Shown: positions 52,256 to 64,000 of the stretch, in pieces
How positions within the stretch are numbered: position 1 is the first letter of the stretch
Layout: each line of letters opens with the position of its first letter
Assembly (NCBI RefSeq): GCF_006345805.1
Contig: NC_043000.1
Coordinates: 6,386,001-6,450,000 of the forward strand
DNA length: 64,000 nucleotides
Direction: 5' to 3'
Source: Octopus sinensis
Taxonomy: Eukaryota
The notes under the pieces: model-generated
Seen by the model: the letters and a program-made list of their open reading frames with translations, nothing else
What the model was told of the DNA's origin: nothing
The model's database searches: none
Made by a program: the position numbers and the translations under genes

Positions 52256-53152
52256 AACTTTAACTTAACCAAAGCCTTGCATGTAGATTTAGTAGACAGA
52301 AACTGAAAGAAGCCTGTTGTATATGATTATATACAGCACTGGATTAACCATTGAGCAAAATAAGCAGAAGCTAAGAGCATCAAGAGAAGTGGGGCATCAC
52401 AGAGATGATATATGGTTTGCAGCACAAAAGGAAAAAGAAAAAAATCACTTTAAACTCGCTAAAATAATACTCCAAGTGATTTATACAATAGAAAATATAA
52501 TCTCAAAGTGTTCATGGTGTTGTAGTTAGGATCTGATCAAAGACATTGCAATCAAAAAAAAGGAGAAAACTTTTCAAATATAAATAAAGTGGAAATATAT
52601 AAAATAAATAAAATAAAATAAAGTGGAAATATATAAAAACAAACATTATTTATCCTCAAACTGTTAGTTTTATTTCATTTTGAATAATAAAAATTTATTT
52701 TATGGTTTATTATTGTTTATATTTTGAATTACATATCTATGGGGTCGCCAAAAATTTTTCAAGTGCTTAGGGCCTCTGTGGACCTGCTTTTGGCCAACCA
52801 AAGCCTTGTGAGTGGATTTAATACCTAGGTAGATAGAAATTGAAAGAAGTCTGTTGTGCATATGTACATGGATATATATATACATCATAGTGTGTGTGTG
52901 TGTGTACACGTGTACATGTCTCATTGTCTTGTTATTGTGCAATAGTTGTAAAACAAGCTTTACTCTCCTATAAGCTGTCTCATTTGTCTCAAGTGTTCTA
53001 TGGGAGCGTGTCCAGCCATGGACGAATATTACTTTGCTTGGAAACGGGGGAACTTGGCAACAAGAAGAACATTCAGACATAGAAACCTTGTCTCAAGGAT
53101 TCCATCTGAGCCTTACAAGCATGGTAAAATGGATATTCGCACGATAATGGTG

Positions 53153-53184
<32 letters not shown>

Positions 53185-53811
53185 GGTGGTGGTGGTGGTG
53201 GTGGTGGTGATGATGATGATGCTACATATTCATATATGTACGCATGTAAATATGTGTGTGTTTGTGTGTGTGTGTGTGTGTGTATGCATGTGTATGCATG
53301 TATATGTATGTATCTATGTATGTATGCCTCTATACATGCATGTATGTATGTGTTGGATTAGAATAGCAAAACAAATTCGTACATCAAGTTTGAAAAATAC
53401 CTAGTGTATTATGATCCACTTTAGCTGCATCCCTTTCTACTCCTTTATCCCAAGATCAATAAAGTGCACACCAGACAAAAGTACTGGGATCAATATATAT
53501 ATGACTAAAACCCTTAAAGGCAATGAGTAAAGGCAGAAGCAAACGAATACAAAGAATTAATTGCTGTGGCGTATTAGAAAACATGGAGTAGAGAGAGACA
53601 GAATGTCTTTTGTTTTACGAGCTGGTCTATTGAGCATGGAAGTTCACACTTTGCTAGAACTGTTGTGTTGTGTCCCTGAACAAAGCCTGACTAATGACAA
53701 ACAGGTCCCACACCTACTTCAGCTGAATCTTGATGTAGAAACTATTGTGCTAACAAACGAATAAGCTGGCCCACTTATGCAAATTGAAAAAATCGTGTGT
53801 AGGTGTGTCTG

Positions 53812-53847
<36 letters not shown>

Positions 53848-54056
53848 GTGCGTGCGTGTGTGTGTGTGTATTGGCAGCATGGAAAATGGACATTAAAGGA
53901 TGATGATGATGATGATGGTGATGATGGTGATGATGATGATGTCACCCACACACATGCACACACACATACACCCACACACACATACGCACTTACTCATATA
54001 CACACACATGCACACACACCCACACACATACACACACATACATACATACATACAGG

Positions 54057-54087
<31 letters not shown>

Positions 54088-54141
54088 CTAGATAGATAGA
54101 CAGATAGATAGATACATGGTTGGATGGATGGATAGACAGAC

Positions 54142-54208
<67 letters not shown>

Positions 54209-54239
54209 CCGATAGGAATAGAAAGAAAGATGATAGATT

Positions 54240-54295
<56 letters not shown>

Positions 54296-54679
54296 TACAA
54301 ACACATATATGCATATACATAAATATATACATATACACATATATAAATACATACAAATTGTGTGTGTGTGTGTAATTATGTATATAATATACATGTATGC
54401 ATGTATATTTATATATATGTGTATATATGAATGTGTATGTATCTATATGAGTGTATGTGTGTGTATATGTGTGAATATATGTCTATGTGTGTGTGTGTCA
54501 CATTTATTCTCATTATCATAAATATTCAAACATCTGGGGGGGGTTTCAATGGATCATACATGCTTCATTTCTCTCTAATCTCTTCCAATCTTCGACATTC
54601 AATATTAATATCTCATGGCATATGCTTCATAGAGTTCCCCACATTTTTAAACATTTACTTTTCTTTTGGCACAGAGAGA

Positions 54680-55385
54680 AGCAACAACGTCTGTTATTGA
54701 CAACAGAGCAGAGAATTCCCAAAACTGCTGCGATCGCCTTACCCCTCAGTACTCCAGCCGCCTTATATTCAACGACCAGGCTGTAGATCATTTGGTACCA
54801 AGTCATGCAAAAGGAATAAATCTTTAAAATTTTTTTTATATCTTATTGGTTAGTGCAATCTGCAGGGTGTTGTGCAACCAAAAGAATACCCTCCATCAGG
54901 CATTTGCCATATTCTGAATGCCTTACTTCCCTGGGCATGGACACATTGAAACTCCGATGTCTGGCAGCTGACTTGGCAGACACCCATAAAATTATTAACC
55001 ATCTTACAAACAATAACTCTGAGCACCTTTTCAAACTCCACCCGTCTAACACCCGTGGACATATTTACAAAGTCAGAAGACAGCACAGCTCCCATGACTT
55101 TCAGAAACATTTTTTCATGCTGAGAGTTGCTGAAGCATGGAACAAACTGCCGGCATCAGTTGTTAGTTGTCGGAGCACTGCATCCTTCAAAACTTCCATG
55201 CTTCCTGAGATTCGCCAACACTACACCTGATTTTCTCCCCTCCATACACACACAGGCATGTATCTGACTCATACACTATTCGCTTTCCAGTCATTTGTAC
55301 ATTACTGCATATACTTTATACACACTTTCTGACAAGTTGTGGTGCACCTGAGCACTGTATACAATAATTTCATTATTTATTATTA
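54680..55385 (+). mobile_element. CR1-group LINE 3' fragment with 3' UTR and (TTA)n-like tail
   Basis: ATKRIPSIRHLPYSECLTSLGMDTLKLRCLAADL..TRGHIYKV..FFMLRVAEAWNKLPASVV..ASFK. Confidence 0.9.
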
Positions 55386-55882
55386 TATATAAATCTGCTT
55401 CCCAACCACATGGTTCTGGGTTCAGTCTTACTGTATGACACCTTGGAAAGGTGTCCTCTATTATAGTTGCGAACTGACAAAAGCCTAGTGAGTGGATTCA
55501 GTCGACAGAAACTGAAAGAAGGTCATCATATGTATGTATGTATGTATGTATGTATCATCATCGTTTAACATCCGCTTTCCCTGCTGGCATGGGTTGAACG
55601 GTTTTACTGAGAACTGGCAGTATTTGTGTGTCTCTCCTTACAACAGCCAAAATGGTTGATCATTAGTAAGGAAAGACACACAAATAAGAAAGAAGAAAGC
55701 AAAGAACCACTGATAAGGTCAAAGAAGTGTGACGAAAGAACTCTGGCTGAAATACGATTAATGTAAAAAATAAAATAAAGCTGCAGGAAATGAACACCGA
55801 ATATATAGTACGTGTGTTTTTATTGGCTAAACTAGCAAAGTGACCATCCACAAATACAATGATATATATATAATATATATAT

Positions 55883-55932
<50 letters not shown>

Positions 55933-56490
55933 CATGTACATGTATATGAACATATACATGTACACACACACACTATATATATACACACACACACACACAC
56001 TTATATATATAAATCAGTGTATATAGTAAAAAAAATGTTACGTAATATTTGAATAATAAGATAATAAAAGATAAGGATAAATATACAGCAAGAACAAATT
56101 TTAAAAATTAAAAAAAATATCCCCAGATTATTCTCAGGATCTTTCTTATGGAGAAATAAATGATAACAGATATCACAATAAACATTTATAAGAAAAGCAG
56201 GAATTATTACACACAAAATATTTGTTCATCCATTTTTACAATCCCTTTTCCGTGTTGGAATAATTAGGATGATGTTGTTATTGAGAGGTTGCTTTATTTT
56301 GGACATCTCTGAAGGAGCAAAGCCAGCAGACATTTCATTGAGTTGAGGAAAGGAACATATTGCCACCAATTGTAGTCCCTGTTATCCAGAAACTATTTAA
56401 ACAAACACTCAGACACACACATACACCCAACAAGCATGCACACATACTCATACATATATACATACATACATACATACATACATACATACA

Positions 56491-56524
<34 letters not shown>

Positions 56525-56525
56525 C

Positions 56526-56947
56526 ATACAATAAGATAAGATTCATCTTATTTATGCGGTGTATCTTATGCCATTTTTTTAGCATAATAACATGCGAAAC
56601 CCTGACAGCATAGCAGACAAGTCTGGTTCCCAACCATATGGGAAGCAAACTTCTAAACTAGTTTACTGTGTCCAAGGCAACCAAAGACTTGTGTGTAGAT
56701 TATGTTGATGAAATCTCAAGGAAGCCCATCATATACGTATGCGATGAGCTTCCTTGAGATTTCAACAATGTAATCCACGCACAAGTCTTTGGTTGCCTTA
56801 GACACAGTAAACTAGTTTAGAAGTCTGCTTCCCATATGGTTGGGAACCAGACTTGTCTGCTATGCTGTCAGGGTTTCGCATGTTATTATGCTAAAAAAAT
56901 GGCATAAGATACACCACATAAATAAGATGAATCTTATCTTATTGTAT
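56526..56947. repeat. 422-bp near-perfect palindrome with no spacer
   Basis: Centre atacgtat at 56733-56740; the ~210-bp arms differ mainly by transitions. Confidence 0.95.
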
Positions 56948-57304
56948 TGTGTGTTTATTGACCCTGATGAGAATTGAACCCACAAGCTTTGGCTCCAAAA
57001 GATGACTTCTTATCCATTGGGCCAAATGGCCTCAAACATTTGTCCTAACGCATAATTTCTAGCATGCATTTGCCTGGCTGCTTATCCAAAATAAAAGACA
57101 TCAGATCGTTATAATCCTAGATGAGGCTCAGCATCCTGAGATCCTTTGCCATCCACTTCTTTGAATGTTTACCTGAGTCTCTCTCTTCCTCGTGTTCCAT
57201 CCTCTTGGAGAGATATGCACTTTCTATTTAGTTGCCATCATCCATTCAACACATCGTATACGAATTTCATTGAAGTCTTCCCTGTTGCACACAGCATCTT
57301 TTAT

Positions 57305-58515
57305 CTTTTACTTGTTTCAATCACTAGACTGTGGCCATGCTGGGGCAATGCCTTGAAGTATTTTTAGTTGAATAAATTGGCCCCAGTACTAATTTTTTTT
57401 TAAAGCATAGTGCTTGTTCTATTACTCTCTTTTGATAAACTACTAAGTTATGTGGGCGTAAACACACCAACACCGGTTGTCAAGTGGTGGTGGGGAACAA
57501 ATACACACACATACATGCACACACACACACATACACACACATACACACACACACGATGGTCTTCCTTCAGTTTCTTATTTCTTTACTGCTCACAAGGGGC
57601 TAAACACAGAGGGGACAAACAAGGACAGACAAATGGATTAAGTCGATTACACCGACCCCAGTGCATAACTGGTACTTAATTTATCGACCCTGAAAGGATG
57701 AAAGGCAAAGTCAACCTCGGCGAAATATGAACTCAAAACGTAGCAGCAAACGAAATACCTATTTCTTTACTGCCCACAAGGGGCTACACACAGAGGGGAC
57801 AAACAAGGACAGACAAATGGATTAAGTCAATTATATCGACCCCAGTGCATAACTGGTACTTATTTAATCGACCCCGAAAGGATGAAAGGCAAAGTCGACC
57901 TCAGCGGAATTTGAACTCAAAATGTAACAGCAGACGAAATACCTATTTCTTTACTGCCCACAAGGGGCTACACACAGAGGGGACAAACAAGGACAGACAA
58001 ATGGATTAAGTCAATTATATCGACCCCAGTGCATAACTGGTACTTATTTAATCGACCCCGAAAGGATGAAAGGCAAAGTCGACCTCAGCGGAATTTGAAC
58101 TCAAAATGTAACAGCAGACGAAATACCTATTTCTTTACTGCCCACAAGGGGCTACACACAGAGGGGACAAACAAGGACAGACAAATGGATTAAGTCAATT
58201 ATATCGACCCCAGTGCATAACTGGTACTTATTTAATCGACCCCGAAAGGATGAAAGGCAAAGTCAACCTCGGCGGAATTTGAACTCAGAACATAACGGCA
58301 GACGAAATACCGCTAAGCATGTCACCCGGCATGCTAATGATTCTGCCAGCTTGCCGCCTTCTTCTTTCAGTTTCTGTAAACCAAATCTACTCACAAGAAT
58401 TTGGTTGGCCCACAGTTATAGTAGAAGACACTTGCCCAAGGTGCCACACAGTGAGACTGAACTCAAACCGTGTGGTTGGGAAGCAAGCTTCTTATCACAC
58501 ACACCCATACCTGCA
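57305..58515 (-). mobile_element. SINE family A interrupted by a tandem SINE D array
   Basis: Halves at 57305-57575 and 58345-58515; ctt(c/t)ttcagtttc duplicated on both sides of the insert. Confidence 0.85.
57575..58345 (-). repeat. SINE family D with its 3' 184 bp in four tandem copies
   Basis: tatttctttactg at 57576, 57760, 57944 and 58128; a single SINE head at ~58310-58345. Confidence 0.93.
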
Positions 58516-58699
58516 CCTCAGTAACTCTTATATCCAGTTTTCCTCTCAGTTCATTTGTGCCACATCATTCATATACATTAACATTACACAATCAGCAGAG
58601 CATATTCACTCTTTTTCCTTCTAGTATTTATGAATCCTTTGCCTTCAAAGACCTTCTTTTACCAGCATGCAGCAATGCAATTCTAACACAAGTATCATA

Positions 58700-58900
58700 C
58701 AATCTGCTCTCTGCTCTTCACACTGAGTCAGTAAAATCAATGTTACCAGAGGTAATAGCTTCCTGAGCATGTTTCTTGCTCTTGTTACTCTGGCTACAAT
58801 GTTCAGATCACTCACCCACTCACTAGGAATTAGATCACCAAGGTAATAGAAGCTATAAACTACTTCTGTGGAGTGTTGTGAGTATTTGGGAGAATCTGTT
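58700..58900 (-). mobile_element. Decayed RTE RT fragment
   Basis: SFYYLGDLI...ARVTRARNMLRKLLPL. Confidence 0.7.
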
Positions 58901-59065
58901 TCATGTGTACTCTTAGTCCTTATTGCTCCAGTGCACCTGCAACATATGAAGTCTACATTCTGTATTAATATGTGTGTATGCACGTATGTATGTATGTATG
59001 TATGTATGTATTGTATATATATATATGTGTGTGTATATGTTTGTGAATATATACTTGCATATGAA

Positions 59066-59119
<54 letters not shown>

Positions 59120-59120
59120 G

Positions 59121-59420
59121 TGAAGGTGAATGGCTCAGTGGTTAGAATGTCTGGCTCACAGTCATGAGGTTGTGAGTGTGATTCCCAGACTGGGTTGTGT
59201 GTTGTGCTCTTGAGCAAGACACTTTATTTCAAGTTGGTCCAGTTCCCTCAGCTGTAGAAATGAGTTGCGATGTCACTGGTGCCAAGCTGTATCAGCCTTT
59301 GACTTTCCCTTGAATAACATCGGTGGTGTTGAGAGGGAGGCCGGTATGCATGGGTGACTGCATAAACAACCTTACTTGGACTTGTGCAATCCCATGGTCA
59401 TTCATGACTGAACAGGGTCT
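59121..59420 (+). mobile_element. SINE family C
   Basis: tggctcagtggttaga..ctcttgagcaagacactttatttc. Confidence 0.85.
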
Positions 59421-59445
59421 TTCAATATATATATATATATATATA

Positions 59446-59559
59446 CTTTATTTAAAAGCAGCAGAAATTCAACAAAAGCTGTTACTCGGAGTTTCACATT
59501 CAGGAACTTGAAACTCCGAGTAACAGCTTTTGTTGAATTTTTGCTGCTTTTAAATAAAG
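59446..59559. repeat. 51-bp-arm hairpin at the start of a Penelope-like fragment in (TA)n
   Basis: Arms 59446-59496 and 59509-59559 with one mismatch and a 12-nt loop; the right arm begins uGAAACUCCGAGUA. Confidence 0.9.
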
Positions 59560-59628
59560 CATATTACTCTACCTCTGGTATTTGAGTACTCTTTTTTCCA
59601 CCTTATTTCACATTTATGTGTTTACTCC

Positions 59629-59671
<43 letters not shown>

Positions 59672-60717
59672 TAATAATTACGATGTGCACTCTTCTATCT
59701 CTACTATCCCTTCTCTGTCTATCTCTCTCCCTCTCTTGTTTTTCATCCCTTCTGGTTTTCTCTCCCACCCTTCCCTATTCTTCTCTTCTCTTCTTCACCA
59801 TTCCCTTTCTCTCACTCTCCCTCCTTGACTCTCTCGTCGCTGACACGCGACGAAAGGGAATCTGTCTTTCTACCCATTTCCTTCCTAAAGACAACATGTG
59901 CTTATACCTGTCTTCTTTCATAAGCTCGTCCTCCTAGCATTCATAAAAACTTTTCTGTCGTCTTGGCTTAACAGCCCTCACCATTTGTTTTTACTGTTTT
60001 CTTCTCACTGTCCTGTTCTTGTTTCCACTTTCACCCTCCGCAAAAAATCCCAAATTTTATTTAATTTGCTATGCGGGAAGGACTGTTTCAATGAAATCAC
60101 ATCTTGTCCTTGCCTTCAAAACGCGGAGTAGTTGAGACAGGGACAACTGATAAAGAAAAATTTCTTTATGTTGCATATGTTGTTCCTCTGTTTGTTTTTT
60201 TCGTTGTTCAAAAAAAGTTTGTTTTCATGTTTTCGTTTCTTGATGTGTTCAACGTTTTTTTGATGTCCTGTTCCCATATATGCACATATATATACATATA
60301 TATGTAGGTATGTACATATATGTATGTATATATACATATATATGTAGGTATGTACATATATGTATGTATATATGAATATATTTATATATTATTTATATTA
60401 TTTATATATATATTGAGAGAGAGAGATTCAGATGAATATAGTACTTAAGTCGAGGCACCAGAATTTAGTACAGTATTATCCATACAATTTCAAAGTAAGG
60501 TGATTAAAATCAAAATACGCAACAAGGATATCCAGAGGTAATGCAGTACGATTGTTTCATGCAACTCCATTTAATTGAATAAAGCAATCATTACATCAAT
60601 TTAAAATGCAGAGCAATCCTCAGCTGCACAAAGACATAGAATTTAATTAAATTAGAACAGATGGACACATTAGTATAATTCTACCTAAAATCTCCAAGAA
60701 GTTAAGGAGTTAAGTAT

Positions 60718-61400
60718 GCCGTCACTAGTGATCACTCCAAACACTATGATGTTGACCGGATGTTTGATTTTTATCCCTCTTGGTAAATGTTTTGGGGACA
60801 TGGCAAGTTGTTCCATGTGTTCACCATTTGATCCTGGCAGAAACTTTTCTCATCTGAGAAAAACCAAAGCATGTTTGGTTGGAAGGGATGCTTGAGTTTG
60901 TTCAAAAGCTTTGTGGCATGCTCTTTTCTCTTATCCCTTATGGCTTGGGATAAAAATTGGCCCTTTCTCTTCTTGTATGAGGATTATCAAATGTCTTCAT
61001 GCATTACCTGCCTGATAAGAAACTCAGACATTCCCATATCCCTGACAACGGACCTGATTGACTTACAGGGATCATTGTCAACCATGGCCTGGATCTCACC
61101 AACAAATTCAGTTCTTTCCTTATCAGAATGATCAGAGTGAATTTTCCAAGCTGCCATACCTTTGTAGTCACCATTAGACTCATCCAACTTTTTCCGAATC
61201 CTCTGCATTGTCCTGAGAGTGAAACCCAAACACTCTGAAATGTTCGTATTGGAGCTTCCAGCATGACTGCCAAGCAGTGCAGCATGTCATTTCCAAATTT
61301 CTGGTTGAGTGAATTGTATCATGGTGCTGTTTTTCTTACAGACAGTGCCCAACTGACCCTACCATACTGTGTAGTTGACAATATCAAAAATAAACAATGC
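60718..61400 (-). mobile_element. Decayed Tc1/mariner (maT/DD37D-like) transposase fragment
   Basis: EFVGEIQAMVDNDPCKSIRSVVRDMGMSEFLIRQVMHEDI..KRKGQFLSQA..KLLNKLKHP..WFFSDEK..KHPVNIIVFGVITSDG. Confidence 0.85.
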
Positions 61401-61522
61401 ACATGTGTGAAATTAAAAATATGAAATGGTGACAAGATTCAGATGAATTAGGTACTTAGGTTGAGGCACCCAAAATTATTGCAGAATTATCTGTACAGTT
61501 TCAAAATAAGGTGAATAAAATG

Positions 61523-61645
61523 AAAATGAGCAACAGGATATCCAGAGGTGATGCAGTACGATTGTTTCAAGCAACTCCATTTAATTAAATCGAGTTGCTT
61601 GAAACGATCATACTGCATCACTTCTGGATATCCTGTTGCTCATTT

Positions 61646-61646
<1 letters not shown>
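61523..61646. repeat. 55-bp-arm palindrome from a Penelope-like fragment; a diverged direct copy of its left part lies at 60420-60585
   Basis: Arms 61523-61577 and 61592-61646; loop catttaattaaatc; GAAACGAUCAUA in the right arm. Confidence 0.88.
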
Positions 61647-61727
<81 letters not shown>

Positions 61728-62091
61728 ACACATGCATACATACATACATACATACATGCATACATACATACACACATACATACATACATACATGCATACA
61801 TACATAAACACATACATACATACATACATACATACATACATACATACATACATACATACGTATATGCATACATACAAAGAGAGACAGAAAAGAAGGGAGC
61901 TGGTTGAGCAAGTTCCAACCATAAGACAGGAGTACTCAATATTAAAAACAAAGTTAAAAGGTTTTATAATTACAGTATGGAATCAATCAAAATGTATTAC
62001 TCAGATGAATTCAATAATTTAATTGATTTCTATAATGGACGGACACACACACACAAATGTGTGTGTATATATGTATGTATATATTTATGTA

Positions 62092-62127
<36 letters not shown>

Positions 62128-62296
62128 ATCATCCTCATCATCATCGTTTAACGTCCGCTTTCCATGCTAGCATGGGTATATTCATATATATATATATAGA
62201 TATATGTGTGTGTGTATATATATCATCATCATCATCATCATCATATATATATATAATATGTATGCACACACACACACATATATATATGTATATATA

Positions 62297-62327
<31 letters not shown>

Positions 62328-63051
62328 TTGTGGTGTGTGTGTATATGTATACACACACACACACACACACATATATGTTTATTACAAATTGTTTAGAATA
62401 TCATGTAACTGGATTTTTTTGGACTTCATGTACAAATTTTTTTTTGTGATGTTCAAAAATGCACCAACATTTATTCACTATAAGCTTTATTGATCACCAA
62501 TCAATATATACCAATTTCTTCATTTTCTTCTTTTTTGTTGCAGCTTCACAGTGAATTTTCAAGTGTTATCAGAGAATAAAAGTACACAGGAATTTTTAAA
62601 TGAATGAATGAATAAAAAAAACATTAATTAAAAGAGAAGGCTTGTTTTTACTTTATTATTTTCTTTACTTCCTTCGTGATAACAGTTTTACATTGTCAAA
62701 GAAATTTAAACAATTATTAACATTTATAAAATATAAATATGTATAAAATATATGCAGATTTATTTGTATGTATATATATAGTTTTGAAAGTGTATATGTC
62801 TTCAAAAGCATCAGCAATGGGATAATTGCATTGTGTTCTTATGAAGCCAGTTTTAACAGGGTCGCAGAGTACCAGAGCAATGTATTAACACACAGCCAAT
62901 ATTAGGAATCAATTAAGTTTCAACCAATAACGATAAGTAACCATCTTCAAATGTTAAGAAGAGAAATGTTGTTTGGTTTAACCCTCCATACAATATTGAT
63001 GGAAAAAAAGGAAAAAAAGCAACATTGTAAAACCTTTTTTCCTATTTATAC

Positions 63052-63210
63052 CTGATCAGAATATATTTTCAAACAAGAGCAACAAAACATATAAAGGTGA
63101 ACAAAACCTATGTGTAGAATATGTCGAATTTTGTTAGGTACCCCAATGAAGAATATTGTAAACAAACCAAGTACGAAAAGAGATGGCATACTTTGCCGAA
63201 ATATAGAGTT
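63052..63210 (-). CDS. Weak candidate 159-nt exon encoding a hydrophobic peptide (NSIFRQSMPSLFVLGLFTIFFIG..KIYSDQ)
   Basis: One open frame ending at CAG|gtataa in phase 0; acceptor ambiguous (ttctag or taatcag). Confidence 0.2.
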
Positions 63211-64000
63211 CTGATTACTAGAAGACAAATGACTAGATTAAAACATTGTATACCACACTCATACATCAACAGTTTTTAAAATTATATTTGGTAATTGTAA
63301 GTTAAAGGAATAATTTCCAACATTCCATTATCAATGCTAGATAAGGCACCAGGATTAAAGAATTTATCAAAGTACATCAGCCTCTGTCTTGCAGAGAAAC
63401 TTCATATCTTTTGTTACTCTTCTCAAAGCCTAAATAAAAGAAAGAACTTATTTTGGCTCAAATTCTTTTAAAGTAGCCTTCCTCTAGCAAGATCATTAAT
63501 AATTGATTTAAGAGATCAGATTGAATGCAATTTAAACTGTTCAGTCACTATCTGTCACTTCTTTTTCATCCACTGTTGTTCACAGTCAACAAAAAACCCC
63601 CAATGGAACGAAACTTTGGTTTAGATATTTAATTCTCTGTATTTTATATACATCAAACATATATAAGACTCTATATATTTCTTAGAAAAGGGTGTATGGC
63701 GTACTTTAATGTTTTTGCAACACAAAATTAACAAAAATAATATCAGAGATGTGTGTGTGTTTGTATAAGTGCATGTGTGTGTGTGTGACTGTATGTGTGC
63801 ATGTATTCAGAATTTTTTATACCTCATCCTCCTCACTTTCATTACTTCCTCTCCTCTCATTCTGCTCATGCTACCAAACCCATCACATTCACATTCATAC
63901 AATTTCTTCTGTCCACCCACCCAGTCATGCCTGCTTTGAATAAACAGGCTCAGCTTGGAGTAGAGAAAACTCTTTAGTCTTTCAGAGGACAAAGCAATTA

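Noticed and set aside
60085-60170. Possible hammerhead around gaaatcacatcttgtcc...ggacaactgataaag
   Set aside because: The core is CUGAUAA and I could not form a stem II; at best a decayed or permuted remnant.
62544-62579. Plus-strand terminal exon (strong acceptor ttcttttttgttgcag; LHSEFSSVIRE*)
   Set aside because: No supporting upstream plus-strand exons were found and the peptide is too short to judge; needs RNA-seq.

Overview
Eukaryotic, AT-rich, repeat-dense DNA. The SINE families, RTE 3' ends and (TA)n/(TACA)n/(GT)n microsatellites point to a cephalopod, most likely Octopus (my recognition, not a database result). There is no complete protein-coding gene. Almost all long ORFs are microsatellite or satellite artefacts or decayed transposon fragments: mariner/Tc1, RTE/RTE-X and CR1-group LINEs, TTAA- and TA-flanked MITEs, and a Helitron-like element. 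A chain of small, phase-compatible minus-strand exon candidates suggests the window may be mostly intron of a large gene. The main finding is two unrelated tandem repeats whose monomers each carry a type-I hammerhead ribozyme with a palindromic helix III. One is a 352/353-bp dimer (13638-14352). The other is a ~530-bp hexamer arranged head-to-head (34426-37575). This is the architecture of retrozymes and Penelope-like pLTR repeats that give small self-cleaving, often circular RNAs. Several more variant or half hammerheads sit in (TA)n tracts. The window also holds many fold-back palindromes, including a 4.35-kb one whose centre has expanded into a 22-bp satellite. Coordinates were counted by eye and boundaries of decayed elements are approximate.
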